Position numbers and translations under genes: made by a program. A stretch of DNA of 35,625 nt, from contig JAOUMO010000003.1 of the NCBI GenBank assembly GCA_029881425.1, positions 1 through 35,625 of the forward strand, in the 5' to 3' direction. Below, piece after piece: positions 1 to 11,866 of the stretch (its first letter is position 1; every line of letters starts with the position of its first letter). The stretch is from Gammaproteobacteria bacterium (GTDB lineage Bacteria; Pseudomonadota; Gammaproteobacteria; SZUA-229). A model generated the notes under the pieces. The model did no database searches, was not told the origin of the DNA, and was given only the letters and a program-made list of their open reading frames with translations.

Positions 1-435
1 GACCTCAGACTCGATCTTTTCCAGCAGGGGCTTCGCAGCACTGCCCGAGGCGATGACCGATGGGCGTGCAAATAAGGCACTGGTTTTGCCTGCCTTTTCA
101 ACCAGGCTCATACGCAGGGGACAGAGTGCCAGCATATCGGGATCGGCATTACTCACTGCATTGGCATACCAGCCATTACAGAACACCATACTCCTGATCG
201 ATTCCAGTTGATTACGGTTGTAATTGTCACCCCATTTTTCTGCAAACCGCGAGATATTGGCACCGATATCGGCCTCGAATACCACATAGAAACCCGCATT
301 TTCCAGACCCTTATAGACATCGGCATAAACCAGGTCCATGGATTTATTCACCGTGTATTTAAATACAGCGTCATTAGCCGCAGATGCCAGCGAGGCATTG
401 ATCAACAGCATAAAGACTAGACATTTCCTGAGCAT
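1..435 (-). CDS. DUF302-like exported protein (3' end truncated by window edge)
   Basis: Not in the ORF track; translated by hand. ATG at 435, AGGAG RBS ~446-450, open frame to base 1: MLRKCLVFMLLINASLASAANDAVFKY...SMVFCNGWYANAVSNADPDMLALCPLRMSLVEKAGKTSALFARP. Signal peptide plus the FCN...LCPLR pattern typical of DUF302. Confidence 0.75.
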   Translation of the reverse strand, partial: MLRKCLVFMLLINASLASAANDAVFKYTVNKSMDLVYADVYKGLENAGFYVVFEADIGANISRFAEKWGDNYNRNQLESIRSMVFCNGWYANAVSNADPDMLALCPLRMSLVEKAGKTSALFARPSVIASGSAAKPLLEKIESEV

Positions 436-476
436 CAGCCTATTTTCTCCTGTCAGCAATCGTTAAGTCTGTTTAA

Positions 477-1519
<1,043 letters not shown>

Positions 1520-1520
<1 letters not shown>

Positions 1521-2344
1521 TGGATCGTTATGCGGTTATCGGTAATCCCATAGCCCACAGTAAATCCCCCCTGATCCATGCCGAGTTTGCACGACAGACC
1601 GGACAGGTGCTTAGCTACACAGCCGAGCGGGTTGAGCCGGGCAAGGTGGCCGAGTTTGTCGCGCACTTCCAGGCCAATAATGGCAGGGGCCTGAATGTTA
1701 CCGTACCCTTCAAGCTAGACGCCTATCAACTGGCCACCTCACTCAGTGATCGTGCACAACGTGCCGGTGCGGTAAATACACTGGTACTGAATGGTGTTGG
1801 TGACTATTACGGTGATACCACCGATGGCACCGGGCTGGTGAATGACCTCAGCCACAATCATCATATCCACCTCAATGCCAAACGTATTTTAATACTGGGT
1901 GCAGGCGGTGCCGTACGTGGTGTACTCGAACCCATCCTGCAACAGCTACCCTCTACACTGGTGATTGCCAATCGCACAGCCGACAGGGCACATCAACTGG
2001 CCCATGATTTTTCAGACATGGGCCATATCCAGGGCTGTGGTTTTGCTGATCTCGCAAGTGAAACATTTGATTTAATTATTAACGGCACATCCGCCAGTTT
2101 AAGCGGTGAACTACCGCCCCTGCCCGATGGCATACTGGCACAGGGCGCGACGGTTTATGACATGATGTACGCCGCCGAAGCCACGCCCTTTATGCGCTGG
2201 GGTAAACAGCAGGGCGCTACTGGCTGCCTGGATGGTCTCGGCATGCTGGTTGAACAGGCGGCAGAATCCTTTGCCATCTGGCGTGGTGTTCGACCGCAAA
2301 CGGCACCGGTCATTCAACTTATTCGCGCATCACTCAGGGCATAA
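1520..2344 (+). CDS. aroE: shikimate dehydrogenase
   Basis: GNPIAHSKSP, NVTVPFK, GAVNT, GAGGA, YDMMY, GLGMLVEQAA; TAATG overlap with hemB. Confidence 0.96.
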
Positions 2345-2369
2345 AAAAAGCCCGACCAGCGGGCTTTTT
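2345..2369. terminator. bidirectional intrinsic terminator
   Basis: aaaaagcccg-accag-cgggcttttt perfect stem with A and T tracts, between convergent aroE and DUF2914 genes. Confidence 0.85.
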
Positions 2370-2388
2370 CAATTCAAACAAAGTAAAT

Positions 2389-2916
2389 CTACTGAGCTGC
2401 AGGCGCTTCTGCATCACCACCGGCAGCAGGTGCAATGTTAGGCAGGTCTTCTTCTGCCACTTCACCTGTCTCCATTGTGGGAGCCTCTTCAGCAGTAACC
2501 GCTGTTGTTTCGCCAGTTGATTCAGTGTTTGCTGCCACATAATTAAAGCTGTTTTGCGACAGTACGTTACCTGCTTCATCGACAACCATGACCTGCCATT
2601 CGCCGGTCCATTCCGGTTGCAGGTTTTTACTGGACCAGATGCGCCAGCGATTGCCACCCACGGTAAATGACACATTGGCCTGCACTTCACCATTCTGTTC
2701 CCAACGATGCGTAATCGTCTGGCCTTCCAGGCCCTGGATTTCAGTAAAGTAATAAATTTTTGTTGTATCGTTTGCCAGCTCGGTGACTTCATCAACCGGC
2801 TCACGATTTTCTATCGCCGTGGTAAAGTTTGCACGCGCAATACCATCAGCGGCCAGTGACTGGAATGCAACCGATGCACAGATAACGGCCAGGACATATT
2901 TAACTAATTTCATCAT
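2389..2916 (-). CDS. DUF2914 domain exported protein with acidic C-terminal tail
   Basis: Signal peptide; FTTAIENREPVD, YYFTEI, ITHRW, RWRIWSSK, GEWQV motifs; AGGAG RBS. Confidence 0.8.
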   Translation of the reverse strand: MMKLVKYVLAVICASVAFQSLAADGIARANFTTAIENREPVDEVTELANDTTKIYYFTEIQGLEGQTITHRWEQNGEVQANVSFTVGGNRWRIWSSKNLQPEWTGEWQVMVVDEAGNVLSQNSFNYVAANTESTGETTAVTAEEAPTMETGEVAEEDLPNIAPAAGGDAEAPAAQ

Positions 2917-2954
2917 CTCGCTCCTTGTGAGCCTGTGTATAAAAGTAAACCCGG

Positions 2955-3497
2955 CTAATTATCGTCATTCATGTAATCATTTTTGAGACTTACATAATGT
3001 TTTGATGAATAGGCCAGGAAATCTTTTTCCTTTTCCGTCAGTTCACGAATTTTTTTTGCCGGCGCTCCCAGGTACAGGCAACCGCCTTCAAGCACCTTAC
3101 CCGGTGACACGACACTACCGGCACCGACTATAGCACCGGACTTAATCACCGCACCGTCCAGTATCACTGAACCCATACCAATCAGGCACCGGTCTTCGAT
3201 AGTACAGGCATGCAATACCGCATTGTGGCCAATGGTCACCTCATCCCCAATGGCCAGTGAAAAGCCACCGGGACTGAGCGGGCCATCATGGGTCACATGC
3301 AACACGCAGCCATCCTGTACATTGGTCCTGGCTCCTATGCGAATGCTATTCACATCGCCCCGGATTGCCACCATCGGCCAGACGGATGCATCGTCGCCAA
3401 TCACCACATCACCAATTACCACCGCCGCATCATCAATGTAGGCACTGGCTGCAATTTTGGGTTCGATTGTTTTATAAGGGCGAATATTTTTTTTCAT
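2955..3497 (-). CDS. gamma carbonic anhydrase family protein (YrdA-like)
   Basis: Hexapeptide repeats, RGDVN, NVQDG..LHVTH, TIGH, LHAC His ligands, YLGAPAK. Confidence 0.92.
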   Translation of the reverse strand: MKKNIRPYKTIEPKIAASAYIDDAAVVIGDVVIGDDASVWPMVAIRGDVNSIRIGARTNVQDGCVLHVTHDGPLSPGGFSLAIGDEVTIGHNAVLHACTIEDRCLIGMGSVILDGAVIKSGAIVGAGSVVSPGKVLEGGCLYLGAPAKKIRELTEKEKDFLAYSSKHYVSLKNDYMNDDN

Positions 3498-3513
3498 TCC
3501 ATGGACCCACTAT

Positions 3514-4869
3514 TTAACGCATGGTGACCAGCTCTTCAGAACTGGTGGGGTGTATTGCAATCGTATCATCCAGGTCTTTCTTGGTGGCGCCCATACGGAT
3601 CGCTACCGCAAAGCCCTGCATCATTTCATCGGCACCGGGGCCGATCACATGACAACCGATGACCTTTTCCTGTGCGCCCACGCACACCAGCTTCATTGCG
3701 GTCTGTACCTTGTGGCGGGTCAGGGCGTTATACATCGCAGTAAACCGTGTTTGATAAACCTTTACGGCCTCACCATGCTGTTCACGCGCGTCCTCTTCAG
3801 TCAACCCCACGGTGCCAATAGGCGGGTGACTAAACACCACCGTCGGCACCAGTGAATAATCCAGGTGGCGATCGACCTGGTTGTTATACAAACGGTCGGC
3901 GAGTCGACGACCCGCAGCTATGGCCACCGGCGTCAGGGGTGCGCGACCGGTAACGTCACCCAGTGCAAAGATATGATCGACATTGGTTTTCTGGAATTTA
4001 TCGGTCGGGATATAACCCTGCTCATCGACTGCAATGCCTGCAGCATCCAGCTTCATCCCCTCGGTATTGGGGTCACGGCCTATGGCCCAGATAAGCTGAT
4101 CGAAACCGCTATTTTCACGGCCCTTTTCATCAACCAGTGTCAACTTGCCATCGGCCTCCTGGCGTATTTCTACCAGCTGGGTACGGGACATGATATCTAT
4201 GCCACTATCGAGCATTTCCTCCAGCAGTGACTCGCGCAACATGGCATCAAAGGAACGCAGCACATGCTCCTTGCGCAAATACATACAGACATCAGCACCC
4301 AGGCTATTGAGGACACCGGCCAGCTCCACGGCAATATAACCGGAACCGACAATGGCGACCTGTTTAGGCATATCCTGCAACTCAAAAAAACCATCGGAGG
4401 TGATGCCCAGCTCGGCACCAGGGATATCGGGCACCATCGGTTTTGTACCCGGTGAGACCACGATATGTTTTGCGGTGTAGCGTTTGCCATCGACATCCAG
4501 CGTGTGTGCATCGATGAAGGATGCAAAACCCTGTATCTCATCGATATTCGAATCGGCCAGGTAGGTGTGATACCAGCTGTTGATGCCCTTGATATAGTCA
4601 TCGCGTTTGGTGACCAGTTGCTGCCAGTCGAAGCCCCGGTTTTCCACATCAAAACCATAGTCCTGCGCATCCTTCAGCGCATGTGCCAGGTTGGCACCAA
4701 ACCACATCACCTTCTTCGGCACGCAACCAACATTAACGCAGGTACCGCCCATTTTACCGCTCTCGACGACGGCACATTTAATACCGTAAGATGCGGCTCG
4801 CTCTGCCACCGAGAGGCCGCCACTGCCGCCGCCAATGGCAATCAGCTCATAATCGTATTGTTTTGTCAT
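3514..4869 (-). CDS. gor: glutathione-disulfide reductase
   Basis: [46 protein letters not shown]. Confidence 0.96.
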   Translation of the reverse strand: MTKQYDYELIAIGGGSGGLSVAERAASYGIKCAVVESGKMGGTCVNVGCVPKKVMWFGANLAHALKDAQDYGFDVENRGFDWQQLVTKRDDYIKGINSWYHTYLADSNIDEIQGFASFIDAHTLDVDGKRYTAKHIVVSPGTKPMVPDIPGAELGITSDGFFELQDMPKQVAIVGSGYIAVELAGVLNSLGADVCMYLRKEHVLRSFDAMLRESLLEEMLDSGIDIMSRTQLVEIRQEADGKLTLVDEKGRENSGFDQLIWAIGRDPNTEGMKLDAAGIAVDEQGYIPTDKFQKTNVDHIFALGDVTGRAPLTPVAIAAGRRLADRLYNNQVDRHLDYSLVPTVVFSHPPIGTVGLTEEDAREQHGEAVKVYQTRFTAMYNALTRHKVQTAMKLVCVGAQEKVIGCHVIGPGADEMMQGFAVAIRMGATKKDLDDTIAIHPTSSEELVTMR

Positions 4870-4943
4870 GAAAAAACCTTAAGTGAAATTCTCCGCTCGG
4901 GTAATATAGCAGTCTGACGACAGCCAGAACACCTGCATAGCTC

Positions 4944-5855
4944 ATGTTATTGTTTAAAATATTAAAAGCCCTATACCCCTCCACACCCTGTCCGGCATGG
5001 ATTGAGCGACTGGAGCACTATGCCTACCTGATCCGGCTGGATCGGCCGATCGGCACCTATCTATTGCTATGGCCTACGCTATGGGCGCTTTGGATTGCAG
5101 CCAAAGGCTGGCCCGATTCACTGGTACTGTTCGTGTTTGTCACCGGTGTGTTCCTGATGCGTTCAGCTGGCTGCGCAATTAACGACTTTGCGGATCGCGA
5201 TATTGATCCCCACGTGGAACGCACCCGCAATCGCCCTCTGGCCGCAGGGAAAATTACCGTCAAGGAAGCCCTGGTCGTATTCAGCGTACTCTCACTCAGC
5301 GCCTTTGCCCTGGTGTTACTGATGAACGAACTGACCATTTACATGTCATTCGTTGGCATCGCCCTGGCGGCCAGTTACCCGTTCATGAAGCGCTTTCACT
5401 ATATGCCCCAGGTCCACCTGGGCGCGGCCTTTGGCTGGGCCGCCCCCATGGCCTTTACGGCACAGGCCAACGAGATCACCCCGGTGACCTGGCTACTGTT
5501 TATGGCCACCGTCTTATGGGCCACGGCCTATGACACCATGTACGCCATGGCGGACAAGAAGGATGATCTAAAAATAGGCGTCAAATCCACGGCCATATTA
5601 TTTGGCGACGCGGACCGTTTCATTATCGGTATGCTGCAGACCCTGCTGTTACTGGATCTACTGCTCATTGGACAACAGTCGGAACTGGGGCTGTATTACT
5701 ACCTGGGCCTGTTGGCTGGTAGCGGCCTTATGATCTACCAGCAGTACCTGATCAGGCACCGTCAGCCAGCCCCCTGCATACAGGCCTTCCTTAACAACAA
5801 CTGGTTCGGCCTGGTTGTATTCGCCGGCATTTTTATTGATTACTGGGTTGAATGA
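4944..5855 (+). CDS. ubiA: 4-hydroxybenzoate octaprenyltransferase
   Basis: [42 protein letters not shown]; multiple TM helices. Confidence 0.96.
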   Translation: MLLFKILKALYPSTPCPAWIERLEHYAYLIRLDRPIGTYLLLWPTLWALWIAAKGWPDSLVLFVFVTGVFLMRSAGCAINDFADRDIDPHVERTRNRPLAAGKITVKEALVVFSVLSLSAFALVLLMNELTIYMSFVGIALAASYPFMKRFHYMPQVHLGAAFGWAAPMAFTAQANEITPVTWLLFMATVLWATAYDTMYAMADKKDDLKIGVKSTAILFGDADRFIIGMLQTLLLLDLLLIGQQSELGLYYYLGLLAGSGLMIYQQYLIRHRQPAPCIQAFLNNNWFGLVVFAGIFIDYWVE

Positions 5856-5948
5856 TTTCACTCTTCGGGGCATTATATTTAAATATATTCGGGCTTTGGC
5901 CTGGCCATTAGTAACACGATGGATATTGTTGTACAAAGGACTACCCCT

Positions 5949-6335
5949 ATGCCTATTCATACCCACATTAACAGCGAACTCCATTGCGTTGAACGTATAG
6001 TCGAGGGCGAGTTCAATTTCAATAAATTTTTCAGCAGTTTCCATGAGATTGATACCGTGCCGGGCTTTGTCAAGGGCATGGATGCACTCTGGGATTTACG
6101 CCAGGCAGACCTGAGCCAAATGTCTGTCGATACAGTAGATAAAATTTCCCACTACATTGCCAACAACACCGATAAACGCGGTGTAGATTATCGTATAGCA
6201 CTGGTTGTTAGCACCGATCTGGCCTATGGACTGGCGAGGATGTTCAGGACCATGAGTGACCAGATACCCGTGAATATAAACATTTTTCGCAGCATGGACG
6301 ATGCCTGCGACTGGCTGAAGGCCACCCAGCAATAA
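5949..6335 (+). CDS. hypothetical protein, SpoIIAA-like (STAS/SEC14) fold
   Basis: Start moved to ATG 5949 (AAGGA RBS at 5936-5940); LWDLR, RIALVV, YGLARMF and C-terminal IFRSMDDACDWL pattern. Confidence 0.6.
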   Translation: MPIHTHINSELHCVERIVEGEFNFNKFFSSFHEIDTVPGFVKGMDALWDLRQADLSQMSVDTVDKISHYIANNTDKRGVDYRIALVVSTDLAYGLARMFRTMSDQIPVNINIFRSMDDACDWLKATQQ

Positions 6336-6337
6336 CC

Positions 6338-7036
6338 TCACCAGGACTTATCCGCCCGCGCCAGGCTCCATACATCCACGCGCCGGACACCTTCACGTTT
6401 TATCACCCGTGCCAGCTCCGAAACCGTTGAGCCGGTAGTGATAACATCATCAAACACGACCACGTAGTCATAGGCCGCAGGGTTCTCAAAACTAAATGCC
6501 CCCCTGATATTTTTACGCCGCTGTTTAGCATCCATACCGGTCTGGGGCGAGGTATGGATCAGTCGCCGGCAGTGACGGCTATCCAGCGGTAATGACAGGG
6601 CCCGTGCCAGGGGCCTGGCCAGCTCCAGTGCCTGGTTAAAACCACGCGCTCGAAGGCGTGAAGGATGCAGGGGTACGGGCAGAATACAGTCGGGGATTTC
6701 ATCCAGTTGCGGTAGCTGCTTGCAGGCCAGCTCGGCCAGCCACTTCGCATACAGCAACCGGCCATTGAATTTGAGCTGGTGGATCATCCATTCCAGCGGC
6801 TGGGCGTAGATAAAGGGGCTCCAGGCCGCATCAAATACCGGGCCTTTTTGCAGGCACTGGCCACAGAGCAAATGACGGGATGCCGCTGCCAGGGGCAAAG
6901 CACAACGTGCGCAGGCCGTCGGATTAGCCAGCAGATCAGCCTGGCAATCGACACATAAACCGGCCTCACTGGCGCTGCTGGCACCACATAACACACAATT
7001 TTGCGGATAAATCCGCTGCAAGATCCGTTTTAACAT
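6338..7036 (-). CDS. comF: ComF family competence protein (zinc ribbon plus PRTase domain)
   Basis: CVLC, CVDC, CARC, CGQC; [15 protein letters not shown]; [10 protein letters not shown]; start moved to ATG 7036; divergent from bioB. Confidence 0.9.
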   Translation of the reverse strand: MLKRILQRIYPQNCVLCGASSASEAGLCVDCQADLLANPTACARCALPLAAASRHLLCGQCLQKGPVFDAAWSPFIYAQPLEWMIHQLKFNGRLLYAKWLAELACKQLPQLDEIPDCILPVPLHPSRLRARGFNQALELARPLARALSLPLDSRHCRRLIHTSPQTGMDAKQRRKNIRGAFSFENPAAYDYVVVFDDVITTGSTVSELARVIKREGVRRVDVWSLARADKSW

Positions 7037-7111
7037 ACAAGTCCCTGTCAGCATGGCCGGAAAAACGGTATTATTAGCGGCCATTTTCCGTTGAATTGCA
7101 AGACCTACATC

Positions 7112-8107
7112 ATGACTCAGACAGCCCTAAGACACGACTGGACCCTGGACGAAATCGCCAGCCTGTTCACCCTGCCCTTCAATGACCTGCTGTTCAGGGC
7201 ACATTCGATTCACCGTGAATTCCATAATCCTAACGAGGTGCAGATCAGCTCCCTGCTGAGCATCAAGACCGGTGCCTGTTCCGAGGACTGTGGTTACTGC
7301 TCACAGAGCGCTCACCACAAAACTGAAATTGAACGTGAGCGCCTGCTGCCGCTGGATGAGGTACTGGAAAAGGCAAAAATTGCCAGGGCCAATGGCTCTA
7401 CCCGGTTCTGCATGGGTGCCGCATGGCGCAACCCGACCGACAAGAATCTGGAAAAAGTCGCCGAGATGATTTCTGCGGTCAAGGCACTGGGCATGGAGAC
7501 CTGCGTCACCCTCGGCATGCTTACCCAGAGCCAGAGCGAACAGCTAAAACAGTCGGGGCTGGATTATTACAACCATAACCTCGACACCTCACCGGAGTTT
7601 TACGGTAACGTCATCACCACCCGCACCTTCCAGGATCGCCTCGATACGCTGAACCATATTCGCGACTCCGGTATCAATATCTGTAGTGGTGGCATCCTGG
7701 GTATGGGCGAGACCTCGACCGACCGCGCCTCGATGCTACAGCAGCTGGCTAACCTTGCGCAGCACCCGGAAAGCGTACCGATTAATATGCTGGTACAAAT
7801 CGAGGGCACCCCACTGTATGGCGCCGACAGTATTGACCCGATCGAGTTTGTAAAATCCATCGCGGTCGCCCGCCTGCTGATGCCAAAATCGCAGGTACGC
7901 CTCTCTGCCGGTCGCCATGAAATGAGTGACGAGATGCAGGCACTATGCTTCTTTGCCGGTGCCAACTCCATTTTCTATGGCGAAAAACTGCTGACCACGG
8001 AAAACTGTGAAACCAATGATGATATGGCGCTGTTTAACCACTTAGGCATTACCCCTTCCACCCTTGACGACACGTCCGAGTTCAAGGCATCCGCCTGCTC
8101 ATCCTAG
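7112..8107 (+). CDS. bioB: biotin synthase
   Basis: [11 protein letters not shown] radical SAM motif, YNHNLDT, PESVPIN, RLSAGR, AGANSIF; start ATG 7112. Confidence 0.97.
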   Translation: MTQTALRHDWTLDEIASLFTLPFNDLLFRAHSIHREFHNPNEVQISSLLSIKTGACSEDCGYCSQSAHHKTEIERERLLPLDEVLEKAKIARANGSTRFCMGAAWRNPTDKNLEKVAEMISAVKALGMETCVTLGMLTQSQSEQLKQSGLDYYNHNLDTSPEFYGNVITTRTFQDRLDTLNHIRDSGINICSGGILGMGETSTDRASMLQQLANLAQHPESVPINMLVQIEGTPLYGADSIDPIEFVKSIAVARLLMPKSQVRLSAGRHEMSDEMQALCFFAGANSIFYGEKLLTTENCETNDDMALFNHLGITPSTLDDTSEFKASACSS

Positions 8108-8114
8108 TTACCCC

Positions 8115-9263
8115 ATGAAGAACCTGCGCGCCGAACTGGAGCAGCGACAACAACACCAGCTGTATCGCAGCCGGCGCATTGTTGATTCACCGCAGGGACC
8201 GGTGATCACCATTGATGGCCAGCAACGGCTCAACTTCTGTAGTAACGATTACCTGGGATTCGCCAACCACCCGGACATCAGGCGCGCCTTCATCCGGGGC
8301 ATAGAAACCTACGGTAACGGCAGCGGTGCCGCGCACCTGGTGAATGGCCACAGCCGTGCCCACCATGCACTGGAGGAGGAACTGGCCGCGTTCAGTGGTT
8401 ATCCCCGTGCACTGTTATTTTCTACCGGCTACATGGCCAACCTGGCGATAGCACAGGCACTCTGCGGTCGAGGCGACCTGGTACTCGAAGATCGACTCAA
8501 CCATGCCTCGCTGCTGGATGCCGGCCTGCTTAGCGGCGCCCGCCTGCAACGCTACCAGCACCTCGATACGGATGACCTGTCGGCCAAACTGGCTGGCCGC
8601 GACCGGGGTGAAAAGCTGGTACTCACCGATGCCGTGTTTAGTATGGATGGCGATATGGCGCCGCTTGCCGCCATCAGCAAAACCTGTCGCGAGAATGACA
8701 GCTGGCTGATGGTTGATGATGCGCACGGCATCGGCGTGCTCGGCAAACAGGGGCGCGGCAGCCTTTCACACCAGTTGATACAGGGCACCGATGTCCCCAT
8801 TTATATGGCGACACTGGGCAAGGCCTTCGGCACGGCCGGTGCCTTTATCGCCGCCTCAGAAGACATCATCGAATACCTGATTCAAACTGCACGCAGCTAT
8901 ATCTACACCACCGCCATGCCCGCAGCCCTGGCCGAGGCCAGCCGTGAAGCCCTTAGACAGCTGCAACAGGATGAATGGCGTCGCGAGCATCTAGGGGCAC
9001 TGATTACACGATTCAAACAGGGGGCCAGAGAGATGGGCATAAACCTGATGCCATCGGATACCGCCATTCAGCCCATCATGATAGGTGATACAGGCAGGGC
9101 CGTAGCATTGAGCCAGCAACTCTTCGAACAGGGTATTCTCATTACTGCAATTCGCCCGCCTACCGTACCGGAAGGCACGGCACGGCTGCGCGTTACCCTC
9201 TCCGCCGCCCACAGCAACCAACAGGTCGAGCAGCTGCTGGACGTACTAAACAGTCTCATTTAG
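8115..9263 (+). CDS. bioF: 8-amino-7-oxononanoate synthase
   Basis: FCSNDYLG, NHASL, VFSMDGD, DDAHG, TLGKAFG, IRPPTVP; start ATG 8115. Confidence 0.96.
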   Translation: MKNLRAELEQRQQHQLYRSRRIVDSPQGPVITIDGQQRLNFCSNDYLGFANHPDIRRAFIRGIETYGNGSGAAHLVNGHSRAHHALEEELAAFSGYPRALLFSTGYMANLAIAQALCGRGDLVLEDRLNHASLLDAGLLSGARLQRYQHLDTDDLSAKLAGRDRGEKLVLTDAVFSMDGDMAPLAAISKTCRENDSWLMVDDAHGIGVLGKQGRGSLSHQLIQGTDVPIYMATLGKAFGTAGAFIAASEDIIEYLIQTARSYIYTTAMPAALAEASREALRQLQQDEWRREHLGALITRFKQGAREMGINLMPSDTAIQPIMIGDTGRAVALSQQLFEQGILITAIRPPTVPEGTARLRVTLSAAHSNQQVEQLLDVLNSLI

Positions 9264-9329
9264 CATATGTCAAAATACCTGCCTCAACTTGTTGTACACT
9301 TAAGCCATTAGCCTAACCCAATAGATACC

Positions 9330-10712
9330 ATGCCAGATATTACTTTTGATCTTGAACTTATAAAGCGCTATGACAGGGCTGGCCCCCGTTATACCTCCTA
9401 TCCTACGGCAGTACAGTTTACCGACGAGTACACACTGGACGATTACCGGCGTAATGCCGACCTGTCGAACAGGAGCGGCAAGGACCTCTCGCTGTACTTC
9501 CACCTGCCCTTCTGTGACACCATCTGTTACTACTGCGCCTGTAACAAGGTCATTACCAAGGATCGCAGCAAGGCCGACCCTTACCTGTCACGCCTACACA
9601 AAGAGATCGAAATGCAGGCCAGCCTGTTCGACCCACAGCGCAAGGTCAACCAATTACACTGGGGCGGTGGTACACCCACCTTTATCAGCCATGACCAGAT
9701 GCGCGAACTCATGGCCGTGACACGTCGTCATTTTAATCTGCACGACGATGACAGCGGTGAATACTCGATTGAGATTGATCCCCGCGAAGTCACCGGTGAC
9801 AGCATCGCGTTGCTGCGTGAAATTGGTTTTAACCGTATGAGCCTGGGTGTACAGGATTTTAACCCCGCCGTACAGAAAGCGGTTAATCGCATCCAGACCG
9901 AAGAGCAGACCCTGTCCGCCCTGGCGGCAGCACGCAGCGAAGGCTTTAAATCAATCAGTGTCGACCTGATCTACGGCCTGCCGCTACAGACCGTTGATAG
10001 CTTTGCTGAGACCCTGCAAAAAATTATCGATATTAACCCGGATCGCCTGTCGATCTTTAATTACGCCCATTTACCGGAACTGTTCAAACCCCAGCGCCGC
10101 ATTAACCCGGAAGACATGCCGGAAGCTGCGGTAAAACTCGACATCCTGAAAATGAGTATCGAACGGCTCACCCAGGCCGGTTATGTTTACATCGGTATGG
10201 ATCATTTTGCCAAACCCGATGATGAACTGGCCATCGCACAAAAAAATGGCAAGCTCTACCGGAATTTCCAGGGCTATGCCACCCATGCGGATTGCGACCT
10301 TATTGGCCTCGGTATCACCTCCATTGGCACCGTCGGCCGGAGCTTCGCACAAAACGTAAAAACACTGGAAGAATACAGTGAGCGCATCGACGCCGGCCAG
10401 CTGGCTGTATTCCGCGGCGTTGAAATAGATGACGACGATATCATTCGTCGTAATGCCATAATGCAGTTAATTTGTCATTTCCAATTGAAATTTTCTGACT
10501 TTGAGAGTAATAATAATATTAATTTCAAACAGTATTTCGCGGATGAGTTAAAGCAACTAGTCCCAATGCATGAAGATGGTTTAATTGAACTGGATGATGA
10601 AGGCATTAAGGTAACCGATAAGGGCCGATTATTAATTCGTAACATCTGCATGAATTTCGACCGTTACCTTAAACAGCCGCAAGATTCAAAACGTTTTTCG
10701 AAAGCAATCTAA
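9330..10712 (+). CDS. hemN: oxygen-independent coproporphyrinogen III oxidase
   Basis: GPRYTSYPTA, HLPFCDTICYYCACNK, GGGTP, IGMDHF, RNFQGY. Confidence 0.96.
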   Translation: MPDITFDLELIKRYDRAGPRYTSYPTAVQFTDEYTLDDYRRNADLSNRSGKDLSLYFHLPFCDTICYYCACNKVITKDRSKADPYLSRLHKEIEMQASLFDPQRKVNQLHWGGGTPTFISHDQMRELMAVTRRHFNLHDDDSGEYSIEIDPREVTGDSIALLREIGFNRMSLGVQDFNPAVQKAVNRIQTEEQTLSALAAARSEGFKSISVDLIYGLPLQTVDSFAETLQKIIDINPDRLSIFNYAHLPELFKPQRRINPEDMPEAAVKLDILKMSIERLTQAGYVYIGMDHFAKPDDELAIAQKNGKLYRNFQGYATHADCDLIGLGITSIGTVGRSFAQNVKTLEEYSERIDAGQLAVFRGVEIDDDDIIRRNAIMQLICHFQLKFSDFESNNNINFKQYFADELKQLVPMHEDGLIELDDEGIKVTDKGRLLIRNICMNFDRYLKQPQDSKRFSKAI

Positions 10713-10733
10713 TGACAAAAGCAGGGTACCGAC

Positions 10734-11195
10734 ATGCCGTCAAAGACGCTCAAGAACTTCCTGGACAATAACGATATTAAGTATATCTCCATTATGCACT
10801 CGCTGGCCTTTACCGCAGTAGACATAGCCAAGAGCGTACATATACCCAGTAAGGAAATGGCGAAAACCGTGATCGTGAAAAATGACGGGGAACTGGCAAT
10901 GGCCGTGGTACCGGCCAACTTCAAGGTCAACCTGGACACCCTGCGACTGGCGCTGAATTCCGACACACTGGAACTTGCCTCTGAACAGGAGTTCTTCAGC
11001 CGCTTCAATGATTGTGAAGTTGGCGCCATGCCCCCCTTCGGCAACCTTTATGATATGGATGTATATGTTGCTGAAAGCCTCACCGAGGATGAAAAAATAT
11101 CATTCAATGCCGGCACACACTCTGAAGTCCTGCAAATGAATTACAAGGACTATGAGTCCCTGGTAAAACCCCAGTTTATTATGCTAGAGAATTGA
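10734..11195 (+). CDS. YbaK/ProXp family aminoacyl-tRNA deacylase
   Basis: AKTVIV conserved Lys, GAMPPFG, FNAGTH. Confidence 0.88.
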   Translation: MPSKTLKNFLDNNDIKYISIMHSLAFTAVDIAKSVHIPSKEMAKTVIVKNDGELAMAVVPANFKVNLDTLRLALNSDTLELASEQEFFSRFNDCEVGAMPPFGNLYDMDVYVAESLTEDEKISFNAGTHSEVLQMNYKDYESLVKPQFIMLEN

Positions 11196-11205
11196 AGAAC
11201 TCACC

Positions 11206-11397
11206 ATGACAGAACCCAGCACAAGAAAAGACGAAGCAACAGTTAAAACGGATCGCATGGAGCGAACCTATAACATCAATAATCTCTGGTATTTTGAGCT
11301 GCGCGGCGGTGGCCAGCAGGGGCCATTTGACTCGGAAGAAGAAATGCAGGCAGCACTGGAAGAATTTATTAAACTTAACAAAGAATTCCAGAATTAA
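11206..11397 (+). CDS. small protein, DUF6316-like
   Basis: R.ER.Y..N.LWYFELRGG.Q.GPF.S.EEM; homologous to the ORF at 11547-11750. Confidence 0.72.
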   Translation: MTEPSTRKDEATVKTDRMERTYNINNLWYFELRGGGQQGPFDSEEEMQAALEEFIKLNKEFQN

Positions 11398-11546
11398 CTG
11401 ACCGGTGAGCGTTTAATTAATTTGGTGCCACTGCAGCTACCGCCGGTCATATAGCCCTTGCAAAAAAGAACAGGTTATTTATGCTTGAAGCTGTACCTTT
11501 TTTATTTTGTACACTCCCATCACACTATTAATAACCGGAGGCATAC

Positions 11547-11750
11547 ATGAGCGACCACAGAGCGGGGGAAGAAGACAAGAACATCCCTTTCAGGAGTGAA
11601 CGCTATTTCTGCACCAATGGTATGTGGTATTTTGAAACACGCGAAGGCAAACAGGTGGGCCCCTTTACCAGCAAGGATGAAATGCAGGGCGAACTACTGC
11701 TCTATATGCGTGAAATGAATATGGTCACTGGCCGCATCACCAAAGACTAA
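11547..11750 (+). CDS. small protein, DUF6316-like
   Basis: RAGE...FRSERYF..NGMWYFETREG..VGPF.SK.E; GGAGG RBS. Confidence 0.8.
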   Translation: MSDHRAGEEDKNIPFRSERYFCTNGMWYFETREGKQVGPFTSKDEMQGELLLYMREMNMVTGRITKD

Positions 11751-11866
11751 ACCACACCGTGTATCTATTGCATTATTCACAGTAAATGCCAATTTACTCG
11801 TTCTTTATCCGATAATTAGCAATTCTCCAAACTAGTCATCAGTGACTGTTTAGAAATCAAAACAAC

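Noticed and set aside
208-420. 70-aa plus-strand ORF
   Set aside because: Antisense shadow of the DUF302-like gene at 1-435, which has an RBS and signal peptide.
9264-9329. FNR box expected upstream of hemN
   Set aside because: No acceptable TTGAT-N4-ATCAA match.
11398-11546. Possible riboswitch or sigma54 promoter between the DUF6316-like genes
   Set aside because: A 9-bp stem (tgaccggtg/cgccggtca) exists but no known aptamer motif; the minus-strand TGGCAC lacks the -12 TTGC.
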